The position numbers were made by a program, and so were the translations under genes. A stretch of DNA of 64,000 nucleotides from Scyliorhinus canicula (taxonomy: Eukaryota), in NCBI RefSeq assembly GCF_902713615.1, contig NC_052155.1, forward strand, positions 117,143,031 through 117,207,030, given 5' to 3'. This document shows, one piece after another, positions 24,144-36,627 of this stretch. Every line of letters begins with the position of its first letter. Position 1 is the stretch's first letter. A model generated the notes under the pieces. It saw only the letters and a program-made list of their open reading frames with translations. It made no database searches and was not told the DNA's origin.

Positions 24144-24299
24144 ACTTATTATTGATTGTACACTCTACTCCACCCCCCCCACCCCACCCCCCACTAACCT
24201 CCGAGGGGCGGGGAGCAAGACTGAGTTTATGTACCTCTGAATGATACTTGCACATGGAGGCATCGCTCTTTGCCAAGCCTCAGGCAAGCCATGCGCGAG

Positions 24300-25000
24300 A
24301 AGCCTCCCACTCATACTATTTCCCTTCTCTCAACTGTCCTTTGGACCCGACAGAGACCTTTGCCATGTCAGGATGTATTATCAGTGTTCTTCTTCAGTTA
24401 TCTAGTTGAGCGGACTTTCACCTCCATCCATTCAATGGCTCTCCTCCTTCCTGGCCTCTGTTGGATACTGAGGACTTCGACACCTTGATCTGCCTTAGGA
24501 TGGTGCGCATCACTTTCAAAACTGTGTCCAACACACTCTACTTCCCTCCTGTAACCCATCCCCTCTCCACTATCACCATCCAGCTGCCTTATGTTACCTT
24601 CACCCTTGGTCACCCTTGAATCCCCTCCCATCACCATCGAGACCATCATTATTACCCTTCAAGTGTCTTCCTTCCCCACTGATCCCAAACTTGTCACAAT
24701 CCCCACAACTACCCTGATCCTGCCCACTCCCAAAATCCATGTTAAACGTCTTACCCCCATGATCCCCCAGACGAGATCTATCCCCTCAGACACTACCGCA
24801 TCCAATTGCTTCCTCTCAGTCACAGCGCCCTCTCTCACAACTTGGTTCACCCCTTCCTCCCAACATCTCCCCCCTCCCCCCAGGATTCCAGCATTGATAC
24901 CAATGACCCACTCCCTTTGAACATTCTCCTCCTCCCACCGCTCCAACCCCAAATTCAAGGCTTCCTGGTTCCTCCCCTATCCTACACTGTGTTCTAGCCC
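24300..25000 (+). mobile_element. Highly decayed retroelement, possibly Penelope-like
   Basis: C/T-rich degenerate sequence faintly resembling PLE RT C-terminal coding; no intact motif. Confidence 0.25.
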
Positions 25001-25348
25001 CTCCACCCAATGTGTGTTCCAATATTCTCCTCCATCTAGAGTTTTCCAACAGCACCTGGTCATTCCCAAGGTGCTAGTCGTACTTGGTGTTGTGTGCTCC
25101 TCCAGTGCTCCAAGCTGCGGTTTCTCAGGTGAATGATTCCTCACCATGTGAATACGATGTTGGTCTGGTTGTGAATCAGACCAGTGTGAAGGAAGATGTG
25201 CTGGGGTGGGGGGAAAATTCCAATCTGTTGCTGATTTAAATAACATTATTCTGATGGATAGCTTATTGGGCCTGAAGGAAACAATCCAGCTCCTCCAGAC
25301 CAAAAGTGGAGCTTTAAATTTTAAATTAAAAGAAAAATTACAATTGAG

Positions 25349-25935
25349 GGGCACTGCTACCTAACAGCGCCAGGGACCCGGATTCGATTCCGGCCTTGGG
25401 TAGAACATAGAACATAGAGTGCAGAAGGTGGCCATGCGGTCCATCGAGTCTGCACCGACCCACTTAAGCCCTCACTTTCACCCTATCCCCATAACCCAAT
25501 AACCCCTCCTAACCTTTTTTGGTCACTAAGGGCAATTTATTATGGCTAATCCACCTAACCTGCACGTCTTTGGACTGTGGGAGGAAACCGGAGCACCCGG
25601 AGGAAACCCATGCAGCCACAGTGAGACGTGCAGACTCCGCACAGACAGTGACCCAGCGGGGAATCGAACCTGGGACCCTGGCGCTGTGAAGCCACAGTGC
25701 TCTCCACTTGTGCTACTGTGCTGCCCAGGGTAACTGTGTGAAGTTTGCACATTCTCCCCGTGTCTGCGTGGGTTTCCTCCAGGTGCTCCAGTTCCCTCCC
25801 ACTGTCCAAAGATGTGCAGCTTAAGTTGTGTTATGGGGATAGGGTGAGGAGTGGACTTAGGTGGGGTGCCCTTTCATGGGTTGGTGCAGACCCGATGGGC
25901 CGAATGGCCCCCTTCTTCGCTGTAGAAATTCTATG
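25349..25935 (+). mobile_element. V-SINE split by a younger antisense V-SINE
   Basis: Head 25349-25402; body resumes at 25728. Confidence 0.8.
25403..25726 (-). mobile_element. V-SINE with CR1-type tail nested in a SINE
   Basis: (gaacata)n tail at the left, head ending ctgccc; gggta duplicated at 25398-25402 and 25728-25732. Confidence 0.9.
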
Positions 25936-26899
25936 GAATCTAAAGAAGGACTCTCTTTCATCCACTCCCAGAGTGATGGCCTGACTGCCTTTTCTGATTT
26001 TTATTTGAATTTTTAAACATGCTGGTGACAGGGCGCCTCCACGTTGAAGCACCCTCTCAGCTATTTACCATCTATTGCAAGGTGCTGCTCCTCACAAGCT
26101 GGTAAGCCCTCCAGCTTTGAGCGGCTGGTTACCACGTTAATTGAACAGGGAATCTTACCCCAGTTAAAATTCCAAGGAGTGATTGTCCCCTGCTAGACCT
26201 CAGTTCAGGACCCGGGAACAGTCCCGACTCCTATTTCCTGCACCTGAAGTGAAAATTCAGTCCACTGTTTCAGGTCGCAATCACCAGAAAATGAATATGG
26301 TTCAAGAGTGAACACGGATTTTGTTTCAATTCCCTTCCAGTTGGGTGTCTGACATTCGAGAGAGTTAATTATAACTCCCACTCTTGCCCTCTGAGAATGT
26401 TCCTGGGAAGGGCCAATGTAAGCAGGGTCTACTCTCCAGTCCAAAGCCACACCTTTCCTACAGGCGGCTTTTTATCTTCAATAACTATGAACTCAGGCGA
26501 GGTTCCCACTACAAACAAGCATGGGCCCAAGTTACTTTGTGAAGTTGCAACCTGCTGACCCCATGAGTGTCAAAACAGCATTTTAATTTCCACATGTGCA
26601 AGACCCACATAGGGTCAGCCCCTGTATCACAATCATGGTGGAAGTCCACGGAGCACCCTGAAAGGGCACTAAAACAAATCATTTTAGATGGAATCCTTGT
26701 GAGCCAGGATAAGGAGAACTCCCGCAGACACACAAGGATGTTTTGGATTTTCCCTGCACCGGCTCCAATGCTTTTCAAAAACTCCCATTCCCATCCTAAC
26801 TGCTCTCACCCTCCTTTCTCACTCACATTGTCAGGGATCATTTCCATGGGTGTTTCGCAGAAGCCTGATCCTGTGTGTCTTTCTGCTCTTGCTCACTGT

Positions 26900-27090
26900 T
26901 GATGGCATCATTCTTGATGTCTTCAGGCAGGAATTATTGTTAGGTCGGGAAATCCATGATCTTGGCCCATTGACAGTGCAGGAATGCAGATGCAGATTCA
27001 AGTCAGGACGGTGTGCGACTTGAAGGGGAACCTGCAGATAGTGGTGTTCCCATGCATCTGCTGCCTTTGTCTTTCTAGGCAATAGAGGTA
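26900..27090 (-). mobile_element. CR1-clade LINE 3' fragment
   Basis: gtgcgacttgaaggggaacctgcagatagtggtgttcccatgcatctgctgcc; same family as 34275-37575. Confidence 0.6.
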
Positions 27091-27332
27091 ACATAATACC
27101 TCCAGCAAAAATCAATATCTTCAGAGGAGCAGAAACAACAGAAATACATTGGGGACAAAGTCCACTGCTGAATGTCCCATGAATTTTCACATGTTAAAAG
27201 TGCATTTTCCTTACTTTAAAAAAAAATGTTTGCATGTATTATATACTAACTTATAATACACACCCAGGTTTTCAATCCCTTACAATGTAAAACGGAGCAT
27301 GCTGTCCATGTAAATAATCAAGGTGCTATAAA

Positions 27333-27662
27333 AATAGAATTTCTACAGTGCAGGCGGCCATTCGGCTCATCGGGTCTGCACCAACCAGCTGAAAGAGTAC
27401 CCTACCTAGGCTCACTCCCCCACCCTATCCCCGTAACCCCATTACCCCACCTAACTTGCACATCTTTGGACACTAGGGGGTAATTTATCATGGCTAATCC
27501 ACCTAACCTGCACCTCTTTGGAGTGTGGGAAACCGCAGCGCCCGCAGGGAACCCACACAGACACGGGGAGAACGTGCAGACTCCGCATAGACAGTCACCA
27601 AGGCCAGAATTGAACCCGGGTCCCTGGTCTGTGAGGCAGCAGTGCTAACCACTGTGCCGCCC
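27333..27662 (-). mobile_element. V-SINE with CR1-type tail
   Basis: Reverse V-core; head ends gtgccgccc. Confidence 0.85.
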
Positions 27663-27958
27663 AAAAAATAAAGATGTTTTCACAGTTAATTTCATAAAGC
27701 GCATAGCAACAGCCAGAGGGTGAAATATCGAGCATCAAGTTCTGAAGTTTTATGATTTCTCCTTGGATTTCTGCCAAGAGTTTTCAGTCTAATAATTTGC
27801 ATGCATGGAGAGGCAATTATCAAAATATGTATTTTTTTTAGAGGACTGCACGTATAATAGACGAATGGTGTTCCAGAATACAAAAATGGTGATGAAAGAA
27901 AATATCCCCTCCCCCACAGACCCCTGACTAGCAAACCTATGCCAACATATGCAGTATT

Positions 27959-29107
27959 TTTTTAAAAAATAATTTTTATTGAAAAATTTTCTTTTTATAT
28001 AACAACAACGAACCGCAATAAAATACCAACAATAACAATAATGATAACAGTCATAAACATTCGCCCATCCTTAATGAACAACAAAACATATTAACAACAC
28101 CTTAAGTTAACACAATATTAAGTTAAATAACTATAGAAAAATAAACAAAAAAAATAGAAACAGTAAAGAACACCCTGCATCAAGATCCTCTGCCGGGCTA
28201 CTAGGGACACAAAGGCCAGAACACCGGCCTCTTTCACCTCCTGCACTCCCGGCTCCGCCGCAACTCCAAAAATCGCGAGTCCCCAACCTGGTTTGACCCT
28301 GGATGCAACCACCCTCGACACCGTCCCTGCCACCCCCTTCCAGAATTCTTCCAGTGCCGGGCATGCCCAGAACATATGGGCGTGATTCGCTGGACTCCCC
28401 GAACACCTGGTGCACCTGTCCTCACCCCCAAAGAACCTACTCATCCGAGTCACAGACATATGGGCCCGATGCAGCACCTTAAATTGGATGAGACTAAGCC
28501 TCGCACAGGAAGAGGAAGAGTTGACTCTCTCCAAGGCATCCGCCCAAGTCCTGTCCTCTATCTGCTCCCCAAGTTCCCCCTCCCATTTAGCCTTCAGCTC
28601 CTCCACTGACGACTCCTCCATCTCCTGCATTACCGTATAAATGTCAGACACCTTCCCCTCTCCGACCCACACCCCCAAAAGCACTCTGTCCATCGCCCCC
28701 TGCGAGGGCAGCAAAGGAAATTCCTCCACCTGTCGCCTAGCAAATGCCTTTACCTGCAGGTATCTGAACATGTTCCCTTGGGGGAGCCCAAATTTATCTT
28801 CCAGTTCCCCCAGGCCCGCAAACCTCCCGCCAATAAACAGGTCCCTCAATTTACTGATGCCCACCCTTTGCCACCCCCTAAATCCCCATCAGTGTTCCCC
28901 GGGATGAACCGATGATTTCCACCTAATGGAGCCTCCATTGAGCCCCTTGTTTCCCCCTATGCCGTCTCCACTGTCCCCAGATTCTTAGGGTCGCCGCCAC
29001 CACCGGGCTCGTGGTATACCTCTTAGGAGAGAGCGGCAATGGCGCCGTTAACAGGGCACCCAGGCTCATACCTCTACAAGACGCCATCTCCATTCTTTTC
29101 CACGCCG
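27959..29107 (-). mobile_element. 5'-truncated L1-clade LINE (ORF2 C-terminus with CCHC zinc knuckle)
   Basis: ORF 28118-28864 includes FRYLQV and CTRCSGSPANHAHMFWACPALEEFW. AATAAA and A-tail present; perfect 16-bp TSD caacatatgcagtatt at 27943-27958 and 29108-29123. Confidence 0.92.
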
Positions 29108-29347
29108 CAACATATGCAGTATTGAGGAACATAAAACCAAAGCCAGTTTTAGGTTGAAGAGTCAGCAAGAAAACAGATGGTGAGAGAACATCTAAAACCC
29201 AGAATCTCATTAGGAGACACAGTTTAGGAGCAATGGTCAGTGAAGTACATTAAAAATTATGTTATTTAATTATATATGCTGCCCACAAATAAGTTGAAAG
29301 TTTGTTATCTAATCAGAAGGTTCACAGGACTTCATAAACCATAATTT

Positions 29348-29678
29348 GGGGCCTCACGGTAGCATGGTGGTTAGCATCAATGCTTCACAGCTCCAGGGTC
29401 CCAGGTTCGATTCCCGGCTGGGTCACTGTCTGTGTGGAGTCTGCACGTCCTCCCCGTGTGTGCGTGGGTTTCCTCCGGGTGCTCCGGTTTCCTCCCACAG
29501 TCCAAAGATGTGCGGGTTAGGTGGATTGGCCATGCTAAAATTGCCCGTAGTGTAAGGTTAATGGGGGGATTGTTGGGATACGGGTTACGTGGGTTTAAGC
29601 GGGGTGATCATTGCTCGGCACAACATCGAGGGCCGAAGGGCCTGTTCTGTGCTGTACTGTTCTATGTTCTATGTTCTA
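29348..29678 (+). mobile_element. V-SINE with CR1-type tail (same subfamily as 671-1018)
   Basis: Near-identical to the 671 copy; (ttctatg)n end. Confidence 0.9.
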
Positions 29679-30463
29679 TAATAGCAATGCAACATTTATA
29701 ACACTTCGGTGGAAACCAGTTAGGTTAAACTTGAAACTGACTCCCAAAATTTCTTGTATACTATATAGAGTTTAGTTTGCAGGTTTTTGGCTGAGTGTAC
29801 TTTTGTGTTTGATGCATCATGCTGTCAGCAATAGAGCATTTTGCAATCATACCAATCATGCTGATAGCTTAAAATATATACTGAATATAGAGTATACCAT
29901 TATCACCTCAATATGTTCTGATAATTATTAAATGTTGGTGACTTTGTTGTATGAATGTTTACACACATCAGAGACAAGCTTCATATGGGTAATTACACGC
30001 ATTTACAAAACCAACTGACCAGAAAACCACACACATTCTTTAAAGGCTATTATCCAATTTAAAGGTTTAATTATAAACTGTTTGAACTGTTGACATGATT
30101 CATTACAGGTGAACTTGGAATACAGCCTTGTAATTTCTGCTATTAATGTAGCAATTACCGTGATTTACCTCAGTCATTTATAGCTGTAATATTGAATGCT
30201 GAAAACACAAAAGGTTCTGAAACTAATATTAGTGAGGTAGTTTTAATTTAAAAAGTGACGCGATTAGACTTATGAGATTCATTTAACAAATTCCACCCTC
30301 GATGTAGCAATATATCGTTGCATCATTTCATTGAAAATTTGCATCAAGAGAAAGGGCTTCACTTCAAGAAAATAGGTCTCTTTAACAAACTTCTGTTTCT
30401 GTAAAGCATGGATTTAAATTATTTTGCAGAATTATTTTTCTGGATGATTAGTGGAAGTTTTAC

Positions 30464-30582
30464 CTGGCTGGCAGAAGGTTGGTGACAGTTCCCTGGCAAC
30501 GCCCCTTGCAATGTCTGATTCCTGGCGCGCAGCTTGAGCGGCCCCATCTGCTGCATCAGCTTTGGCCCTCGCATGTGCAGTT
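30464..30582 (-). CDS. JPH1: Junctophilin-1 internal coding exon (119 bp, exon 3 equivalent)
   Basis: Minus strand reads ttttgttttttaatctag|A ACT GCA...CAG CCA G|gtaaaa. Translation (R)[39 protein letters not shown](G) closely matches remembered vertebrate JPH1 [41 protein letters not shown], better than JPH2. Canonical AG/GT sites; too short for the ORF track. Confidence 0.95.
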
Positions 30583-30895
30583 CTAGATTAAAAAACAAAA
30601 GTAAACTTCAGCAAGGTACTGCCAGCATTGTTTTATCTTGCATCGTTTCTAGGCTGGATGAGTCTTTAACATAGGATCAAGTAATTTAGTGGAATTCTTC
30701 CCGTCTCTGTGCCCGTGCATCCCATAAACCACAAAAACATGGCACAGAATCAAGCACATAATCTATTAAAAGGTGTCTCCTCAAATATTTACAACGACAT
30801 ATCTAAAGCATAGCTAAGTCCTCTTGAATAAACTGGCAGATGCCAGTTCTGTAAATATAGTTTTTTACAGACCAACAAAATAATTATATTACCAG

Positions 30896-31838
30896 GGACA
30901 AGATTTAATATCCGCGGGCGCAAATCCGTTATGGCCACCAAATCTTGTGAGAGGGCCAAAACGGGATTTGCGCCAACAAGATTCCACTTTCAGATCTTCT
31001 CTCCACTGCGCTGGTGACGTGATCAGGTTCACACCCAGAAAAGGTGCAAACCTGATTTGCATGATTTTAAAATCAATTTTTAATATCATTAAATGGCTTT
31101 ACGCCATAGCATCTGTCCACGTTGACTAGCCACCCCCTCCCTCCCCCTACGGGGTGACCACACCGGTACGAATCCTGCCGGGCAGCATAGGAACCTGGAG
31201 GCCCCAGGGATGAGGGCAGAGGCTAGGCATTGTCCCCTGTCAAACCCTCCTCCATTGAGGGGAGGGGAGAGTTTCCCTTTTTGTGTTGAGGGATGGGGGG
31301 GGTTATTTTTTCACCTCAGATTTCTGTGGAGCCCAGCTTGCCAGCTCGATCAGGCCGCTCCCCGCCAGAGTGATGATGCAAACCATAGTCCTGGATTTTC
31401 TTTTCACCGAGTGTCAGAAGGTCTGGTGAGAAACCTTGGCTGTGTTTCCGGATAGAAACACATAGAACAAACAGTGCAGAAGGCCATTCGGCCCATCGTG
31501 TCTGCACCGACCCACTTAATCCCTCACTTCCACCCTATCCCCATAACCCAATAACCCCTCCTAATCTTTTTTGGTCACTAACGGCAATTTATCATGGCCA
31601 ATCCACCTAACATGCACGTCTTTGGACCGTAGGAGGAAACCGGAATACCCGGAGGAAACCCACGCAAACACGGGGAGAACGTGCAGACTCTGCACAGACA
31701 GTGACCCAGCAGGGAATCAAACCTGGGACCCTGGCACTGTGAAGCCACAGTGCTAATCACTTGTGCTACCGTGCTGCCCATCTATGTTTTCAGTCAGAAT
31801 CTGACACTTGCCATTTTCTGGGGTGGGAAATTCCACCC
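30896..31838. mobile_element. Older Harbinger-type MITE
   Basis: Ends ggacaagattt / aaattccaccc with cag on both flanks. Confidence 0.55.
31453..31779 (-). mobile_element. V-SINE with CR1-type tail
   Basis: Full reverse copy; head ends gtgctgccc at 31779. Confidence 0.9.
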
Positions 31839-32280
31839 CAGAAATATTATAACAATAGTATGACACCCTTTCAAATTAATTCAATCTTTTTCCTGGAATT
31901 GTAATATTTAATTTAACTAAAAAGGACATTGATTAAACCACATGGGCATGTCCTGGTTTATTTAGTAACAAAATGATGAAAACATGGTCAAGGCATCCTA
32001 TTTGAAAGTGTAATAAATCAATATCATTTACATTAAAGTTATTTCTGGTATTTGCTTCTGACATTGTCTTTAACATTCACTAGGCTTCTGTAGGATTTGT
32101 CAGTTTCATTCGTTTTCTTTTGCAAACTCATTGGAGCTCGCCGTTTAATGAACAGAAGCCATTATACAGAGACAAGCATTTAGATCAAACTTACACTACT
32201 GTGCTTGTTAAAATGTCTGATTAGCAGAAAAATAATCAACTCTCTTATCTCTAAAATGATGATGTGGCTTTACAGCCCTG

Positions 32281-34049
32281 GGGCGAAATTCTCTGCAGAC
32301 CGTCGTAACGCCGATTTCCGGGGAGCAAAATTGGTGTAGATGACTCCGGCGTGGGGGCCTTCTTTTAGGCGGCGATTCTCCGTTCCCGGAGGGGGCCAGC
32401 AGCGGACTGACGCGATACGCGTCAGTTTCACCAGCTGCGGAAGTGGTGAGACCCGGCGTTTTTGGGGGGGGGGGGGGAGGAGGAGAGAGACAGACCGGCA
32501 TTTGGGGGGGGGGGGGGGAGGGAGGAGGAGGAGAGAGACAGACCGGCATTTTGGGGGGGGGGGGGGGGGGGAGGGAGGAGGAGGAGAGAGACAGACCGGC
32601 ATTGGGGGGGGGGGGGGGGGGAGGAGGAGGAGAGAGACAGACCGGCATTTTGGGGGGGGGGGGGAGGGAGGAGGAGGAGAGAGACANNNNNNNNNNNNNN
32701 NNNNNNNNNNNNNNNNNNNNNNNNNNNNNNNNNNNNNNNNNNNNNNNNNNNNNNNNNNNNNNNNNNNNNNNNNNNNNNNNNNNNNNNNNNNNNNNNNNNN
32801 NNNNNNNNNNNNNNNNNNNNNNNNNNNNNNNGGGGGGGGGGGGGAGAGGAGGAGAGAGACAGACCCGGCATTTGGGGGGGGGGGGGGGGGGGAGGAGGAG
32901 AGAGAGACAGACCCGGCGTTGGGGGGTTTGCGGCGTTGAGTTGAGAGGAGAGGGGGGTGGGTTTGCGGCGTTGAGTTGAGAGGGGGGGGGCGGCGTTGGA
33001 GGGGGGGCGGCGTTGGAGGGGGTAGGGGTGGTGAAGGGGGTAGGGGTGGTGAAGGGGGTGGGGTGGTGAAGGGGTAGGGGTGGTGAGGGGGAGGGTTGGG
33101 GTAGGGGCAGCGGCGTGCAGAGGAGGGGGGCGACGGATGCCCGGGGCCAACGCACCGTCGCCCCCCCCTCTGCACGCAGCTGCCCCTACCCCAACCCCCT
33201 CCCCTCACCACCCCTACCCCCTTCACCACCCCTACCCCCCTCCAACGCCGCACCCCCCCCCCACTAACGGAGGAAGGAAGGGGGGAGGAGGAAGGAAGGG
33301 GGGAGGAGGAAGGGGGGGGGAGGAAGGAAGGGGGGAGGAGGAAGGAAGGGGGGGAGGAGGAAGGAAGGGGGGGAGGAGGAGAGAGGGGGGGGTGTGGGTA
33401 TCGGCGTTGAGGGTGGGGGGTTGCGGCGTTGCGAGAGATGGGGCGGCGTTGGAGGGGGGTAGGGATGGTGGGGAGGGGGGTAGGGGTGGTGGGGAGGGGG
33501 GGTAGGGGTTGGTGGGGGAGGGGGGGTAGGGGCGTTGGAGGGAGGTAGGGGTGGAGGGGGGGTGGTTGGGGTAGGGGGCAGCGGCGTACAGAGGGGGGGG
33601 GCGACGGTGCGTTGGCCCCGGGCATCCGTCGCCCCCCCTCTCTGCACGCCGCTGCCCCCAAAACCCCCCCCATGCCGCAACCCCCCCCGATGCCGCAACT
33701 CCCCCCGATGCCGCAACCCCCCCCCGATGCCGCAACCCCCCCCCCCCCCCCCACCCCCCCCCCCCCCCCCCCCGACACTGAACGGTTGACGCCGTTTTAA
33801 AGGTACTGTGATTTTCACCGACGTGACCCGTGGCCACGTCGGCGGGACTTCGGCCCATCCGGGCCGGAGATTTGTGGGAAAAAATATATAATGAAATCCC
33901 GCCGGCGCCAGCTGTTTTCAGAGGCTGCCGGCGGGATTTGCACAGCGCCGGTTTTTGGCCGGTCAGAGAATTAAAAACCCTGCGGGAGCGGGAATAACGC
34001 CGCTGCCGGCCGATTCTCCGACCCTGCGTGGGGTCAGAGAATTTCGCCC
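32281..34049. mobile_element. Young Harbinger-type MITE with G-rich internal tandem repeats
   Basis: Perfect 14-bp TIR gggcgaaattctct / agagaatttcgccc with ctg TSD; internal repeats of about 50 bp (gagagacagaccggcatt + poly-G). Confidence 0.85.
32687..32831. other. Assembly gap (145 N)
   Basis: Run of n inside the G-rich array. Confidence 1.
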
Positions 34050-34604
34050 CTGTTGTCCAACAAGGTGTAGACCCAGCTGCAGCGTGCAGCAAACAGGTCA
34101 TCTTGACCCACCATATATTATTTCAGTAATGTGTTAGGCAGGCATGGTATTACATCCAATTCCTAAAATCTGTTGAAGATTGTGTCAAGACAATAGTGAA
34201 CAGTGTGAACCATTGATCTGTCCCAGATCGTCATGAGCCCTCGGATGCCGGCTTCAATGTGGATAGCTTTTTAAAAACTTATTCATAGGATGTGGACACG
34301 GCAGGCTTGGCAGCATTATTGCCCATCATTAGTTCCCCTTCAGAGGGTGATGCTGAGCCACCTTCTTGATCCACTGCCATCTATGTGGTGTAGGTACACC
34401 CACAGCGTTGGAAGGGAGGGAATTCCAGGATTTTGACCCAACAATGAAGGAGTGGTGATATAAAACCAAGTCAGGTTGGTATGTGGTTTGGAGGTGGTGG
34501 TCTTACTAGGTACTTGCTGCCCTTGTCCTGGATGGTAACGGCTGTGGGCTTGGAAGATGCTGTCTGAGGAACCCTGGTGAGTTACTGCAGTGTAGCTTGT
34601 AGAT

Positions 34605-36627
34605 CAGTCATTTTAAAACTCAGGGTCGTGACCCATGGGTGGCAGGAGGGTCACGGAGTGATTGAACGCAGCGTTTCCGATCGCGGTAAGAAGTGCCCAA
34701 CGGCCTCGACCAACTTTTTAAAATGCCGTCATCACCGGCTTTCAAGAATGCTGGCCGTCCCGATCATACCTGTCCCCTCAGCCGGATCTAGCAGTGTGCA
34801 GGCCGCCACCTCCTGATATCAGTGTGCTGTCCCAGGACCAGATTAATAAAACAATGGGATCTTCCCCCAGAAGCGGCGGTGTTGGGTAAGCTGGATCTGC
34901 GAGGACTCTGTCTCGACCGTGAATTTGGGGAGTCCATACACGTAATCATGGCATTTGTCAATCCCCGTGAGGAGGCACAGGCATGGTAAGGGTGAGCTGC
35001 TTAACTTTAAGGTGCTGCTGGCAAAGGGGATCGGAGTGGACCCCGAAAACGATCTGGTCGCGGATCATGGAGTTGGAAGTGGAGCCGTAGTTGCAGGACT
35101 GCGCGAGGATACGGAGATGGGTTAAGAAGGACTGAAAAGGTTCATCCTTACCCTGAAGCCCCTGCTGGAACACATAGCGTTCAAATCTCTCGTTGTCTTC
35201 GATGTCACAGTGGCTGTCGAACTTCAGCAGGACTGTTTTAAACTTTGTCTTGTCCCCACCTTCAGCAAAGGTGAGGGAGTTAAAGATGTGGATAGCTTGG
35301 TCCCCGGCTGTAGAGAGGAAGAGAGCAATCTTCCTGGCATCCGATGCGGCTTCAAGGTCGTTGGCTTAAAGATACAGCTGGAACTTCAGCTTGAAAATCT
35401 TCCAGTTAGCACCGAGGTTGCCGGCGATGCGGAGCGGCGGGGGAAGGCGGCCGCTGTCCATGTTACCGGATGGCTGACTGCTGATCAAAGGCAGACTATC
35501 TCAAGGTAGGTCCGTCAAACTCAAACATGACCCCACACCTGGTACCATGATGTGTTGGGTAAGCTGGGTCTGCGAGGACTGCGTTTACTGCAGCAGTGAG
35601 AGAGACAGGCTTCCAACACTTGAAGCAATGCAACTCGATTTTATTGAACTCTTAACTATCATACATACTTTAACTGTGGGTTGACACTATGCTGCGTTGA
35701 CTGGAGACCTGAGGCTAACCTGACCAGAGTATCTTACTACAGCATGGTGTATGTTCTAGTTGTAGCTAATGGGCTCTGACTGTCTCAGAGGCTGGATCCC
35801 AAGAGAGCGGGAAAACTAGTGCCCTCTGGCTTTATAGTGGTCGTGTCCTGTCTGGTGACTGGCCGCTGTGTTCTGTGTGTAATTGGTCATCCTGTGTGCC
35901 AATCAATGCCTGTCTGTGCACCATCACATACTTGTTTGTATATTAAGACAGAGAGCAGGTGCACTGACGTCACATGCTCTGAGTGCAAAATCAGGAGGAA
36001 AGATCCCTCCATTTTGTAGCTTCCAGCAAGCAGGCAACAGGACTGTGTGAAGAACTGAAGATGGATCATTTTGTAATAAAGTAGACGAGGGCCAGAGACA
36101 CAAACAAGCCAGGATCTCATGATTGAATCTGTTGGAGTCCACGGCAGGACAAAGCAGTGCCTGTGTGAACTCCAGGACCTCTGGTGAACAAACAATTAAG
36201 AAGATACTGAAATCGGGAACAAAGTAGTAAAAAGATGATTCCGAGGTATGGCATTGTTAATTTTGCCAATGAAAATCAGGATGTAAAGCCCATGTGTATT
36301 ATGTGCAGGGAAGTACTGGTAAATGAAAGTTTAAAACCCTCAAAACCTCAAAGGCATTTGCAGACTAAGTATAGAGAGTTCGAGGACAAACCTCTTGATT
36401 TTTTTCATAGGATGCAGCGAGAATTTATATTGTCAACTGAAGTCCTTGGCAGAAATGAAACATTGAATGATAAAGCTAGTAAGATTGTGAGGAACAAGCA
36501 GGCTCACCTGTCGCAATAATGGTGTATCACGAGGGTCAGCCGGTGTAGGTCACAAAGGTCAGCATGGATCCCGAAGGTTAGCCGGTTGGCAAAAGTGGGT
36601 CCCGGGAGTAAAAGTTTGAAAACACTG
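34605..36627 (+). mobile_element. Non-autonomous hAT (Charlie/Buster-like) element with transposase N-terminal remnant
   Basis: TIRs cagtcattttaaaact / agtttgaaaacactg; TSD ttgtagat / ttataggt. ORF 36235-36519 KPMCIMCREVLVNESLKPSKPQRHLQTK is BED-finger-like. Confidence 0.85.
34880..35950 (-). mobile_element. Rearranged Gypsy LTR retrotransposon fragment (LTR 35548-35950, PBS, gag 5' part)
   Basis: TG..CA LTR followed by PBS tggtaccagg; gag from 35461 (LRIAGNLGANWKIFK...MIRDQIVFG); short RNase H piece at 34908-34982. Confidence 0.85.

Noticed and set aside
32208-34101. Long Pro/Gly-rich ORFs (up to 502 aa)
   Set aside because: Stop-free by composition in G/C homopolymer repeats, crossing an N gap inside a MITE.
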